NCBI GenBank assembly: GCA_002633005.1
Contig: NMRA01000213.1
Coordinates: 589,529-653,528 of the forward strand
Length of the DNA stretch: 64,000 bases
DNA from: Phoronis australis
Taxonomy: Eukaryota > Animalia > Phoronida
Reading direction: 5' to 3'
Positions 49,166-63,386 of this stretch are shown here, one piece after another (position 1 is the stretch's first letter; each line of letters opens with the position of its first letter). The position numbers and the translations under genes are program-made. Under the pieces are notes generated by a model, which was given only the letters and a program-made list of their open reading frames with translations, made no database searches and had not been told where the DNA came from.

Positions 49166-51129
49166 GTTTTTCTTCGGGCAATCACTTCATAAACACCTTT
49201 GCGTTTTGCATGCACCCAGATGTCCCGTGTCAGGATGCCCCCTGTTCAACTCAGTTGTCCCAATTTTCTATTCTCTGTTCCAGAAACTCAAAAAGGCAGC
49301 CTTTTAGATAGTTTCTTGCTGAAAATGGCACCATCTTGGGAAGTATTTTTGCAGTGAAAAACACCCCTTTGGAGGCACTTTTGTATATCTCTTCTAAACG
49401 AATGCCCTCCGGACTGACACCGCATAAATCTGGCTACTTATTACCATTTGTATTACTATTATATTACTATTACTACTTTCGCTACTATCGTTATAGTTGT
49501 CATAATAATCATTTTATTGATCTCTTTGAATTTATTTAGCAATTACAAATTGCCTTTTAAATAATATTTGTTTTATAGCAAAGTGCTAATGCTTCATGGT
49601 ACTCGTAGATTTTAAATTCATTTATGGTTCAACGTTTTCACCGGGCTTCCCCATAATGGACAGAGAGTGCTTAAAGGTTTTTTTATGTTCAACCTTAACG
49701 ATATCGTGAGAAACGTCATGACACCTTTGGTTGCAGAGTAGGTCTACTCTTTGGAAACGAGGGAGTTGAGATTTAAATTTTTCATTAGACTGCTCCATTT
49801 CAAACATTGATTATTTCTGATCTATCGGCATGAACGGTATTGTTTGAAAATATAAACATATCCTTCTGTAGTTTGCCGCGAATAACTGAATTCAGACTGT
49901 AATCTTTTACTTGCGACTTACATGTACATCTAAACGTGGGGATACCCACCGTCTTATCATTTTTGTCTCTTTGAAAACATTGCTGTTTTTAAAGATCTGG
50001 GGCTCGCTCCACGAGGTAAGATCAAAAATTGCTTTAAGTTGAATTCTGAAGATAGACATTTTTCGAGAACTAGCGACAAGTCGGCTATGGTTGTGGTCAC
50101 TGGGTCATTAGAATAGCTGGTAAGGGGCACACAAATCACGCAATTTTATATGGAAAGATCGCCAGTATTCAGTGATTTAACTGAGTAATTTGAACTAGGT
50201 TTCATTGAAAGTGGGTTGTAAGAAACAAAAACGGCCAACCCAAAGTCAGCGTTGTTTAATATGCGCTTTTTATGCGAAGTAGCAAAAGACCAAAGACCCT
50301 TTTCTTCCAGCAACCAGGCGTATTGTTGACAGCGATATGCAAAACAAAAATGGTGCCTTATGAGACACGTGGCTTCACGTCCATTAATACTAGAATGTCC
50401 AATCTCTGTCTTTATTGTGCTTCGGCCCTAGGAACTCGATTCCTAGTTCGGAATAACGTTCATTGACCAAATAGCAATTTTAATTGATTTTTATCTTAAA
50501 CTATGATAGAAAGGAAAAGTGCAAGTTTTTGTAGTCCGAAAAGCCGACATTTAGCTTTTTTCGGACAATTGCCCCTTTTAACTATCGACCTAGACCGGGT
50601 ATGAGCAAAATGACCGTGTCCTTTCAGAGTGGCAAATACTCTGCTATTTCCCCAGCTAGGCCTTCCATTTTACGAATACACGTCACGGTTTGATCAGTTG
50701 CTGGTACACAGAGCCCGTCGGCATTAGAAACTTTGATCTTGCCCCTTTTGTGTGGAGCATTAGCTGTGACTCCAAGGCAACCAAACACTGACTGAAATAA
50801 ATCAAGCTATCGTGGAGTAAAACGGGCGTTTTTCTATCAAATTGGCTGTCAAAATTGAATTCTCCGTGGAAAAATTTAATTTTCGTTTGTTCTCAAAGAA
50901 ATGTGATAAATACATGTATTAGCCAAAATGCGATGTCATTGTTTCTGCTGTGCTTACAGGGTACCAAGGAAGAGTGTTTACTGTAATGCCGGACACACAA
51001 TAGGGTGTGACCTGTGAACGCCAATAAAAGATTGCAAGAACGCTTTAACAATAAAACAGTGTTACCTGATCCTGGAAACTCCTTTCGTCTGGAGTTGAAA
51101 CAGTATGGGATACATTTTTACTATACCAA

Positions 51130-51335
51130 GGATCCCAATTTAAAGAGACAAGGGGGCCTGAGATTTTTGTTACCAAAAACTTGGGATAGGGCGCTAAAGA
51201 ATAACCGCGCAAACTGTGCTATCGACCACATGATGAGTCTTGTGACATCTCAGTGGCCTGCCGAAGTCCTCGAGATGAGGACGCAACGTAGCCAACTCAA
51301 TCCATAAGTTCAGCAATTAATTTATTTTTCATAAT
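51130..51335 (+). mobile_element. Solo 3' fragment of the Penelope family found at 1560-1767
   Basis: Reads PNLKRQGGLRFLLPKTWDRAL and aligns to 1560-1767, including a degenerate hammerhead-like motif (ctgccga..gtcctc/gaggac..gcaacgtagcca). Confidence 0.7.
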
Positions 51336-51380
51336 ACAATGGATAGCATATACGGACACATCTATAAATTCGAGATGTAA

Positions 51381-52584
51381 CATTTGATAGAATTTCATTC
51401 AAACAATCCAAGGCGTTAAGTGAAAGAACCGTTTTTCTCCTTGTGACAAATACCAGCCAAACTCATGAAATATGACGTTGGTTTCGTATAATGTAACAAT
51501 AGTACATTTCTCGCATGTGCATTTGACGTAAATTGTACAGTTGCATAAAACCTAACCGCTTGTTACGTTTTAGGAGAGGCCTAGTAACGTAAAATGGAAC
51601 AGTGACGTAAAATGTAACAGTTGTTACAGTTTACGGAATTTTTACATTTTACGGGTCCAAGATTTTACACAATAATGCTGAAGAATTGAAGGAAAGTGCA
51701 GGTATCAAAAGCAATTGATTTGTAATTCACGTTTTACGCCCAGTCTCTGCAAAGCACCAGTGTTTTTCAAAGGTTTAGTACATTGCTGCGACAACTAACT
51801 TCAGCTTTTTCATCAGTCAAAGAGAATTTCATCAAACAAATAACGCTGTACCTCTTCAGCTGGGATGTAGATATTTTGGCGGGTTTCAAACACACTGCCA
51901 CCGCCATCACAGGCATGACAATGTAAGGATATGTGTAAACGCATAGCCGTTTCGTAAGGTTAAACACTGTTCAGNTGGCACATTTGATAGAATTTCATTC
52001 AAACAATCCAAGGCGTTAAGTGAAAGGACCGTTTTCCTCCTTGTGACAAATACCAGCCAAACTCATGAAATATGACGTTGGTTTCGCATAATGTAACAAT
52101 AGTGCATTTCTCGCATGTGCATTTGACGTAAATTGTACAGTTGCATAAAACCTAACCGCTTGTTACGTTTTAGGAGAGGCCTAGTAACGTAAAATGGAAC
52201 AGTGATGTAAAATGTAACAGTTGTTACAGTTTACAGAATTTTTACATTTTACGGCGTATCAGACAAGTCCAAGATTTTACACAATAATGCTGAAGAATTG
52301 AAGAAAGTACAGGTATCAAAAGCAATTGATTTATAATTCACGTTTTACGCCCAGTCTCTGCAAAGCACCAGTGATTTTCAAAGGTTTAGTATATTGCTGC
52401 GACAACTAACTTCAGCTTTTTCATCAGTCAAAGAGAATTTCATCAAAAAATAACGGTGTACCTCTTCAGCTGGGATGTAGATATTTTGGCGGGTTTCAAA
52501 CACACTGCCACCGCCATCACAGGCATGACAATGTAAGGATATGTGTAAACGCATAGCCGTTTCGTAAGGTTAAACACTGTTCAG
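51381..52584 (+). repeat. Near-identical ~600-bp tandem duplicate straddling a single N; probable haplotype/contig-overlap artefact
   Basis: 51381-51974 is repeated at 51981-52584 with a few SNPs and one short indel; N at 51975. Confidence 0.8.
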
Positions 52585-53000
52585 GATTTCGTATTTTTCT
52601 CTTTATTAAGAAGTAGATCGTAGAGTGAATTGAATCATTTCAAATAGATTTAATTTATCAATGTTCTAGATCTACGGAGACCTCACATCCTGTTTAAAGG
52701 GAAGATGGTAACTGCGTCCGGATACGAGCTTTCGCGTTGCGCGACTCCTGGTGGATAGTTTCGTCCTAAGCAGACGAGATCTTGAATCTCACAACCCACA
52801 GCGTTTGTTGAGGGAAGGATAGAACACTTAGGATATAGACATACATGGTTTATTTTCCTATACTTCCGCTGCTGGTCTTTTTTCAGAATTTATCATCGTC
52901 ATTATTGAAAGTGTGAGCACACGAACAGACGTGATCATAAACTACTGACGAAGATCCCTTTCCTGCAAAATTTTTTTGTTGATACATTCTCTTTTTCTAG

Positions 53001-53740
53001 TCGATTATGTATGTATCTCGATTTCTGGTCAGGGCAAATGACAACGATGAGTTTCCTCATCGGGTTTTTGCGAAGGACGTTGATTTGGCTGGATCGAGTG
53101 GCAAAGTCATCACGTGTCTGACTTGCCTGTATGATGGTTCATTGCCAAAACAGGGGCAGCAGCAAAGACTGCGTCAGAGTACTAGAAACAAAACTCAATA
53201 AAGCCGATCCTGGATCATGCTATTGATTTGCTGTGTATAGTAAGTACTAATTAGTGCGTAGTGGTGCATGTATTTCAACCTTTAGACGTGCATTTTTATC
53301 GCACCACTTACAATTGAGCCTGTCGTGTTAAACTTTACATTGTACATGTATCACTTTTTTCAGATTAGCAATACTGCAGAAGCAAACTTCGGCGGGTATG
53401 GAACTTCGCATGCTTCTATCGTGGACAACGATATTGATGTTGACAGTTTGACGCAGGCTTTTTGGATGCTGAACGTCTTTGGAAACAAATTATGTTTGCC
53501 GGTCTTACCAAGATGTATGGAAATGCAGGACACGCCTTGCGTATTTTTGTGAAAATTTTGTTGAATCTTCTTTTGAAACACAAATTGACTACATTAGCCT
53601 ATCTGCACAATTTTACAACTTTTGGAGGGATGTGACAGAAGGAGACGTCCCGCTGAACAGTCTCGCTGTGCAGACAACGGTCCTGAAAATCTGTATCGTT
53701 CGTACGTCCCCCCCTCCCCAACACCTGCGACCCAGGAGGT
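53001..53740 (+). pseudogene. Possible decayed PAN/CTL-like exon remnants
   Basis: Segments with AG/GT-like borders and fragments such as FPHRVFAKDVDLAG..CLTCLYD and WKCRTRLAYFCE, broken by stops and frameshifts; 53568-53680 is homologous to 1-115. Confidence 0.3.
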
Positions 53741-56700
53741 AGGACCGTCATTCAGCTCGCTGAGAAAACTGATGAATTTCTTTTGGACCTCCATGTTAAA
53801 TGACGACTGTCTGTGTTATTCTTAATGAACGCCCACAGCATTATTCCAGCTGGTGTCAATGACATCACAGGGCAATCCAAAGCAAAGCGCAAAGACTGTA
53901 ATTTCCCGAGGACATTCTAGCTTATGACTCAATGAAATGTCGTCAACTCAACAAAGTGTCTTTTAACAGCTTGTGTCGCGATTGCATAAATTCACGCTGT
54001 ATATGCCAACGCATAAGTGGGTTACACACAGATATTACAAAATGAAAAATGTTACCCTCTCACGATATTCTAGATCCATCACTGTTTATTCCGTTTTGAT
54101 GTGTAAAACGAACTCACTGGTACCGCCTGCGTGCGTATTCTATTTCTAATTCTAATCTGAAGGCACATGGACATATAATAATCCAAGCTTCAGTTACTCG
54201 CTTTCTTCAAATGTTTGCCATTGGTTTGTACTCAAATGTATTGCACTTTCATATTGTGAATTACAATAAGTGGCTGTAATATTACATCGATCACAACATA
54301 AATATTGAAACGTGTGTCAACGTAAAATGAAACAATGCCGTAAAATGTAACAGTTGTTATACATTTTACGAAGGTCTAACATTTTACGGCGTATCAGAGC
54401 TCCAAAGCTGGGAATTGAACCAATGGCAACATGGCTATGCACCAAATGCTACTCAGCAGGGTTTGTATGAATTTAAAAGTAACACAATCTCTAATGAAAT
54501 TGATACTACCACCATCAGTATGCTTTGCGAATCAAACATTCAGAAACAACCATAAAGCGACATTCTTAGAGGAACAATTACTTTGGCTATCAAACCCAGG
54601 CCTCCTTCTGTCGATTCAACTTGGCTAATAGCCAGCATAAAATTTATCTCGGCGTGTTCCTTATCCAGAGGAAAGGTAACGTTAGGTCTTGTAAAGAAGT
54701 GACAATGTGTTATGCTCGAGACCGTGCCGGAAGAATAAATGACATTTCGTGAGGAGTCGACGTGTAAATACCGTATGAAGTAACATTCAACATCAAATCA
54801 TGTTCAAACCCACAATTCACATCCATTTTCCTAGGACCCATTTGAAATCAATTCCATATTAAATGCTCCTGGTCGACATGAAAAAATGGTTTTCGTTATG
54901 CAAGGTGCGTTTCAATCCGTTTTAAATTCCGATAGACCATGGATTAATGGCAAGAGCAGGCGTAGATCTTTCATGCAGGTGACCACAAGATAAGGACAAG
55001 TGCGGACAACAGCTCTGCTCTCAGTCCCTGCAAGATGACGATAGTGGCAACAGTGTAGAAATTCATTCAGTTTAAATTCCATTCTGAGGCCTCCACACTG
55101 CAAACTTAGAATTGAATCTAAATACGATGTGGTTCTCACAAAGTAAATCATGGAAATAGAACCAGATTTGAACCACCTGGTCAATCTGTCATGTATTACA
55201 AAGCGAGCAATCCGGCTTATATAAATCGGAGCAAACTTCCCAGGCTAAAACATGGCGCCAAACGGCGGGATTTAACCTTGACACCCTGTCATGCCAACTT
55301 CTAAATACGGAGAATCTTTTCTTTGGTAACTTACAAGTGTTTCGACCAATATCCACGCAGAATACCCTCCGGGTGCAGCATTGAATTACTTGTTCTCAGC
55401 AATGGTGAACTTTCCCAATTAGGTTAACGTCTGATAGGATCCCTTCTGGTTTTCGACGTATTCCTCATTTTCAGAAAGAGTTGCTAGTAACCAGCCATGT
55501 GCGCTGCCAGGATGGGCAAGAATGTCCCCCTCACAGAAACAAAAAGACCGAGAAAACGAGATAAAAGCCCACTAAAAAGGCAGGAATTCGGCGAATGCAC
55601 AGTTCATAGCCCGGTACGTACCCGGAAGTTTTTAGTAAAATCTCCACATTCTCAAAAATTCGAGTGTCCCTTTATTTAAGCTGGATGCGTGCATCGCCAA
55701 TTATGGTTTACGTTTTGTAGTCTTTATGCATGTGCCTGAGCAACCGTTAGCATTGTTTACCTTTTTAATTTCACAATTTAATTATTTTTAAAGTAAGTTT
55801 CGCACGTTGAAAATTAATAACCTCCTGAAGTTAATGTCTTGTAATCAGACCGACTAAAACTTCCCTAAAAGGTATTTTTGCTAAAACTCGGTCTTAAGTC
55901 CGTTAATGTTTCAATTTTTTCCGGGTGGATTGTTCCTAAGTTCCCGATGAAGTTTTAATGTTATTGAAAGGTTCAAAGGTTAACCTTGGTATCTAAGAAA
56001 CTAGCTGGCTCGATCATCGTCGTTCATTCACACCAACTCATTAATGGGTTCGTATGAATGGGATAAAGGTGTTATCTTACATACACAGTAATGCTATTGC
56101 AATTTCTCAACCCGAATATATTTCTTTATATAAATGCTCTAAAGAGACCAAACCTATAATGATTTACCTAGCACGTGTTTACTGGTTCCGTGGTAAAAAA
56201 ACATGTAAGTAAGTGGCAAGTCGATTTTGCATTACGCTCTATGAAGACTTGACATTGAAATGCAGACTTCTCTTACAATAAGCAAATAGCGTAAAGAGCA
56301 CTTGTTACATCCCATACACGCTGAATACACTATACATTGTAAGTTGAATGTCATACGGCCACGTGGTATTGTTTTCCGTATTGCACTCTCGGGACTAGTT
56401 TAACAATGACCTCTCACGTGGAAAATTCAAAAGGCAAGTAAATGTCAACCCGACGTTAACCGTCTCGATCAATTAATTATGAAACACTCACTTCTGATTC
56501 AAATATTGTCGTTATTTGATTATTTTCAGAAAATGTTACAAATTCACTGCACAATTACCGCTGTTTTCATCTTAGCTTTGTCTTCTTAAGTGTGTCGTTA
56601 CATCTTATACTGTTTTCTTTAACTAAAGTAAATTGTAACATAACACGACCTTATTCCGCGTCTGGACCAAAACCGAAGTTCTACCCGGTCTCGGTAGATA

Positions 56701-59700
56701 CGAGGATTGATCAATGTAAGTAGTTGGAAATTGAAGAAAGCCAAACTTCATCGTACACATCTAGGAATCGAGTGATTGGTGAATGTATTATTTGCAATTG
56801 TATTGACATTACGCCTTTCAAACAAATAATTTGATTACTCTTAATTTCTCGTAATGTTTTTGTATCATGAAGTGCTAATGAACAATATGAGAATGCTCTG
56901 AGGAGAGACATTGACAAAATCGTAAAACGCTGAAGATGGGGTCGACGACGAAACCAAGAATATCAATCAGCATGCCCTCGACGTCTATTATATAAACAAC
57001 GTACAGACCGTCACTCAAGGTACTCCTGGCAGGGGTTTCTGCTTCTAACGTGACTGCGTCCAACAGGAAATTGTCAAGTTTAAACTCGTTAAGTAGACTA
57101 GTAATCTCTGCTTTTAATATATCATTATTTTGCCCACAAATCCCGAAATTTCCTATTTTGGCTAACAAAACACTTGGTTACAATGTCCCCGGCTCATATC
57201 TCAGCCACATAATGAAATTCAAATGAATACTTCAAGTAGATTCAGCATGGCTGTTTGTTTCTAATGTGAATTTCCCGTAGGCGAACAAAAAAAATTGTAT
57301 CAATGGCTGCATTTCATTGGCCTCGTCAGCTCCGCTGTGTCGAAAGATTATGCCATCTGATTGGCATATACAGTAAGCCGGAAGGCGTCATCGAGAACCA
57401 ATCAGTCAGTGGGTCCCCTCCATATCGATCGCAGCTTCAGTCAAGGAAATAGGGGAAAAGGAATAAAAACCCTCATACAACGCCAAAAATATTCACTATT
57501 AAGCGCAAAACTCAATTTCGCCATAATCAAAAACAGCGTTTTGCGCAAATCTTTGGGTATTAGATAGGTTGTTCGCTTCTCTGCATGCATATAGTGGTTG
57601 CCGTCATTAAGGACGTGGAAACGTGATGCGATGCTGCTGACTTTATTGGCTGTTTTTGGTGTTATGGAATGTCTCTTGGCTTTAATGCTAATGTGTCCTG
57701 TCTGTTTTATAAGCGGTAAGTGTATTGTTACTTTTATTTTTTCGCTGTAGTACAAAATAATTGACTGCAATTTCTATTCCATTGCTAGACTTTTCGCTAG
57801 TCAGACGATAATTTAACTCGATATTTTAAAACTTCCAAACCAATTCCCTAAATATCTAAACAGATTTGTTTTTTATTTATCGGCCGAGTAATCAAATGTA
57901 AACTGTTTACTGGGTATATGTTGGCATTTTCGTCGAGAATTTTTTCTGAAATCAGCCTCAGCGCCCACTCGAGTCTGAAATTTTTCCTTGGCAGCCACGT
58001 ACTCTGTTAGCTGGGCTAAATCCCAATCAGCGTACGGCACAGAATTTTAAGCGTATTCTGAAATAACCAATGAAATCCAAAATAAAAATCAATCTGCGGG
58101 CCACCTTTCAAATTCAGCTCAAACTTCGTGTATTTGTCATGGTGTGGCTCTGATACAATGATTATCAACTCTGTACTTATTGACATCTTTTTGTCTGTAA
58201 GCCTTCAAAAGGTTCCGAAGAAAAGTGGCATGTTTATGCATGCCGAAAACAACAATTTTAAACTTTAAGAATGCAATGAGAGAAAACACATAATGGGATT
58301 AGGAAGTGATACAGCAGACTCCCATACACTCCATCACGTGACGGGATATACATGTAGATCAGTTGATAATTGTGGGTTACACTCAAGTGCTTCTACAAGC
58401 CAGTTTGCGGAGCTGTGTGCCTTATAGGGTATGTTTAAGATTAGATTTTGAATGTGTGAACGAATTTTGAAAATCTCTCCAATAGGCTTTATTCATTTTT
58501 CGTTTTAATTAAAAAAATGTCCCAAAATTGCTTATTCTAGGCCTTTTACACAGTCAAAGAATTAATGAAAATCATCCATAGTGATGTCTAACATACGACA
58601 TTTCACAATTGACCGTGGCTCAGAGGTTATGCCGCTGGCAAAAAGGTGATGACATATTTGCCTGGTGCCATGCCCGGTCATGCTAGGTCACAGGTGTCGA
58701 TGTCTCCAATACAAAAATGAAAAAACAATAAAAAGTCGCCAGCAAAACGAAAACGCGTGCGCCAGCGAGGGTAAATCCCAATTAAACCACCTCGAATAAA
58801 TTGAGGGGGTTAACTCTCAAACACAATGAATATAATTTCTTTGCATCTTGATTTGCTGTAATCACGAAAAGCAGAACAGTTTGAGTTTATGTGACTCATC
58901 GGCTTCCAATGTTTGTGCTTCTACTACAAGTAATATTCTAGGTTGGTTTTAGTTTAAATGACCATTGGATTGACCTTGCACTGCGTCAAATAAGTACAAG
59001 TACCTGAAATTGCTTTGAAATCGTTTTTTTTTTTTTAATCAGCTTTTCTTCAAGGTATGATTGTGTGCCCCTTTTTTTAAATTTTATGCATAAATTGTTC
59101 TTTTGATTCATGTTTTTGTAAGAAGTCAATTTCAATATTAAGTCATGTTAAAGCAGAAAAACGTTGAAGAATAACAATAAATATTTGCAAATTGTGCTCC
59201 TCTACGGCACTTGGGATGCTTTCGGTGGACACGTGTCAACATTTCGAGTTGGTGTGATTTGTTTATTAGTCTACAACCACTCCTTGTGTACCCACTTTCT
59301 GCCAAACCCTTAATCGCCCCGTTATACCGCCTCTACATTTTATCACGGACAATATTTTTCAAAATAATCAGGGCAACGGCGAAAATCCACATATTTGCAC
59401 AAAACAGCGACTAGATATACATACATTTTCACCTTGAATAAATTTCAGTTTTGGCTTACTTTTGACAGTTAGTTATTCCACCCACGTTGTCGAAGTAGTG
59501 ACGATTTACTGCGAAAGTACATTTCATAAAATAGGATTAATGTCGTATTAAACTCTGACCAAAGTTCGGCGAAAACGTTTTTAACGATTTTCGGTGCGTC
59601 AAGGTTTAGTAAACTGAATTAAATAATTGTGGCAAGCTGTTTATCTGAGTTTGTAAATTCTGTTTTTATTTTGGAAACCACTGTACCCCTTCACAAAGCA

Positions 59701-59846
59701 GTATCGATTTTGCAGTCAAAAACGCGTTTTGGGGATGTTTGATAGATTGGATAGATGCAATGCTATAAAACAAAATCCGTGGCGTTCCGATGAATACTCG
59801 TCGTTGTCTGAATGACATTAACTGAATTCGTGTCCGGTGACTCTTC

Positions 59847-60351
59847 TATGATGGGCCGTTGGGGGAAAAGTGTCGCCGGAAAAATACGAGCGTAATTGTG
59901 TACATTACGCCGTTTTTTACGCCGTTAATTACGCCGTAAAATTACGAGCGTAACTTAATTCTCTACGGCGTAAAATTACGCGCGTAATTTAGTTTGAATT
60001 CTTAGCCAATGACGTTAGGTTTTACAATCCACGATTGCGCGCTTTCATGGAAACACTTATTTACTGACGGATTTCATGTCTACGATACGAGTGCTGAATC
60101 ATGGCGGATCAAATCGCTCCTGCCATGTCAGCGATTGTGCAAGAACGAGCAACAGTCGTGCATGTTAGGTCATCACTGATTGGTTTAAATTTGGAACGTT
60201 CTTAAGGTATTTTAAGAGCGTAATTTACGGCGACATTTCCACCATTTAATTTACGGGCGTAATTTTACTGCAACACTTTTGCAGTTTAACTTACGCTCGT
60301 AATTACGAGCGTAATTTTACGGCGACACTTTCCCCTCAACGGCCCATCATA
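59847..60351. mobile_element. MITE with TAT..ATA termini and a 6-bp TSD (IS3EU-like)
   Basis: TIR tatgatgggccgttg..aaagtgtcgccg and cggcgacacttt..caacggcccatcata; ctcttc on both flanks; many internal ttacg..cgtaa motifs. Confidence 0.85.
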
Positions 60352-63300
60352 CTCTTCCACTTAATACGCTGGAAATACAGTCTGCCGTTTATCGAGCGTG
60401 GTTTAACTCCACTAACACTTTAATCTTTTAATCATGACGGGACGAGGGGTGTAGGTTGGAATGCAATCTGAGACTGAACGCAGAAAATCTCATGTTAATG
60501 GAATTCGATGGACTATCAATGTGTTTTGGGGAAACAAGACAAACGTAAAAAAATAGATAAGTCATTTGATCAAAATTATTGAACGTGCCACTCAAGATAA
60601 TGATTACAAAACTTGTTTCCACCCGAAGAATTTCGACAATTATAACTCTTCAGAACATGTCCTTGATGAACTGAAATGCAATAACGTTGTATTCATATGC
60701 AAATGGTGTCGTCTACTTGGTCTCGTATTCCAGAATGCTGCTATATCCTTGCCCATTATCAGCCAACAAAACCAGACATTGAGTGCGTTGATATTTGTTT
60801 TTGTAACACTCCGGCACTTCGATCAAACAGAAATGTAGGCCTACTGACAATGATTTTATGTTCCGTTTTCGATTTACAATAACAGGGAAATTGCATGCAT
60901 GGCTAGATGCGCACTACCCATACTAGGGGAATCCCCTTTTTTCATTTCCGTCACGGTAATTGATTTTGAATATCCTAAAATTACAGCGTCCATAAACCCA
61001 CCGTCCGTCACATAAGGTAAATTGAATGCAGTATATCGAACATGGCACATGCAGATTGAGGATATTGGAATCTATGCTTAAATTTATTATTTACATTCAC
61101 CAAATTATCCCTTATGCGTTGAATCTTTCGAGGGAAATACGGCCATGCAATAAAGTTTTCCGTATTCACCTCCCGCACTACTTCAACAGTGACCTCTGAC
61201 ATGGAAGGTTCCAAAGGTAGGTCAATGTCGACTCGACGTCTTCAGCCGGTTCGATCAACAAACTTTCCGAATATACATGTAGTTTAAAGTAATACAGTTG
61301 CAACAATTTAATTAACACCCGACATGCAACCAAGCCCTAAACGTAAAATCTGGAACAAAACTTTTGATTATATGACACTTCCGTCTCAGTTTTCAATTGC
61401 TGAATACTGAAACTCAGGTGCCGATTCCTAGGACACTACCATACCAAATGTTGTTATGTAACTATTTCCGGGAGATGTTACAAGTTCACTCAGTGCACAG
61501 TTGCCGTTGTTTTCATCTTTGTTACCTCTTTTCAATAAATAAATCGTTACTTTTAAAACTGTTTCTTTTAAAAGAGTTTGCAAACTAACGCGCAAGGAGG
61601 CCTACATACCTATAGGATAAGATCCGCCATGTGAACTGTCTGAGTGAAGAATTTAAAAATCTGCCGATAAATGAAAGAAACTCAGGAATTCGAAGGGCAT
61701 GGGATAAATACAAAACGTACCTCGATTAAGTGGCGTACATGAAGTGGTATCCCACTCGACATTATTCCGCAGAATAATGTCTCGTGGGATATTATTTCAT
61801 GTACGCCACTATCGGTACATTTTATGTATATAGAATACGTGACAAGTTTCATTCATCGAAATGTAAAATATTCATTACGTCACTCTTTTCTTTTTGTTTG
61901 CATTCTTTCACTATCATTTGTTTGAAGAGGGCGAGGTATCCGCGGAAATCTCACTTATTTCATATGGTGGCAATTGAATGAGTATCCGGGATGCATGAGT
62001 CACCTATCTTTCACTACGGCGGCCATTTTAATGTTGCACCACTAAAAATGCGAATTTTAGTCAGATTTAAAAACTAAAAAAATCATATTAAATACAGTTA
62101 ATTTTTAAAATTTTCGGAGTGGTGTTGAACTAGCATGTGCTAAAATCCAGTTTATTAAGCCTTTGACTAAACTGAAGCAGGGAATAGTATTTTAATGCCC
62201 GTGAAAAACCTGCGTTGAAGGAGCAGGTCACGGTGGTGTGCTGCAGGCTGGCACTGTTTTCCTAAAACCTGTGTTGATCAAGCTCTGCTGTTAGCTCACG
62301 GTCGATCGGGTCATGACACTTTAACACATTTTGTTATAATCCCCTGTGTCATTTTCATTTTCATCTGAACACGAGAGATGCCTGTCTCGAAATATAAACG
62401 TTATTTTAATTATCCATGTTTGGGTATTGTCGTTGTTCTTCTGCTCTCCCGTGGATGGTCGACAAATATACATAGAGTTTGAGTACTGTGTATGTGTGAA
62501 AATCGCCAATTGTAACAACGTCGTGCGTTTAAAGTTTGGTCACTCATGGGGAAGGGTGCATTGTCTCTAATGGCCATAATACAGAATATTGAGCTCCAGC
62601 TAGGAACTTTTTTGTTTTTTTCTGATGTGTTACAAAAAACAACATCAAAACTATACAGACGTATGATTGAGAAATATAAGATGCATGCAGTTACTGAAAA
62701 GGGTTATAGTTTTGAAGTGAAACATCAACTCTGCTTCATAACGAAGTTCACAGAAAAGTCGAAGTTCATATTTAACATTATTCTTGTCCCGTCCCAGGCT
62801 GTGTTTTGTAGACCATTTAGCTGTGGCGGGGAATGTTTTCATATGGAACAGGAACATTATTTTTTCCCATGAGGAATTTAATCTCATGTTTCAGCAATCC
62901 AAACTTACCGATCTATCACTCTACTGACGGCCATTTTTCCAGGTAACCAATAATCCCGAAGCACTCGCGTTTGTCTTTAGTAATGCCTCTTTTCACTCAA
63001 GAAACTATATCTACTCAACTCACACCTAGTGATTTTGGTCACAGCACATGGATGCAGTTGTGAAGTCCCCTCAAGCGCAAAACAAGTGCTGGGTTGCAAT
63101 GTTTATAAAGATAGCACCAAAAATGTTTGCTCCCTTTTGTAAGCTAAGTGCTATTTCTCAATCGTTATCATTAACTTATATTTGCATTCTTGCAGTTTTG
63201 AAGAAAGGTAGTTTTCTCTTCATTCATCCCATAGGGGTCCGTAGTAACTGCATTTTCGATGTTGATAGTACAGATCGGACTGTAGGCGGAATGTAAACTA

Positions 63301-63386
63301 GGAGAAATCCTGCCTAAATAGAAGTGAAAGAAGTAAGAATTTTATTCTATTACTTCAAGATGTGTGAATTTATTCTTCCACATAAG

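Noticed and set aside
51381-52584. Tandem duplication as a biological event
   Set aside because: It is centred on a single-N join with allele-level differences; most likely an unmerged contig overlap.
56711-57168. Minus-strand ORFs of 68 and 97 aa
   Set aside because: No recognisable domain or consistent splice context.
62378-62482. Hydrophobic stretch (CLGIVVVLLLSRGWS) as a signal-peptide exon
   Set aside because: It reaches a stop before a good phase-1 donor and has no counterpart in copy A.
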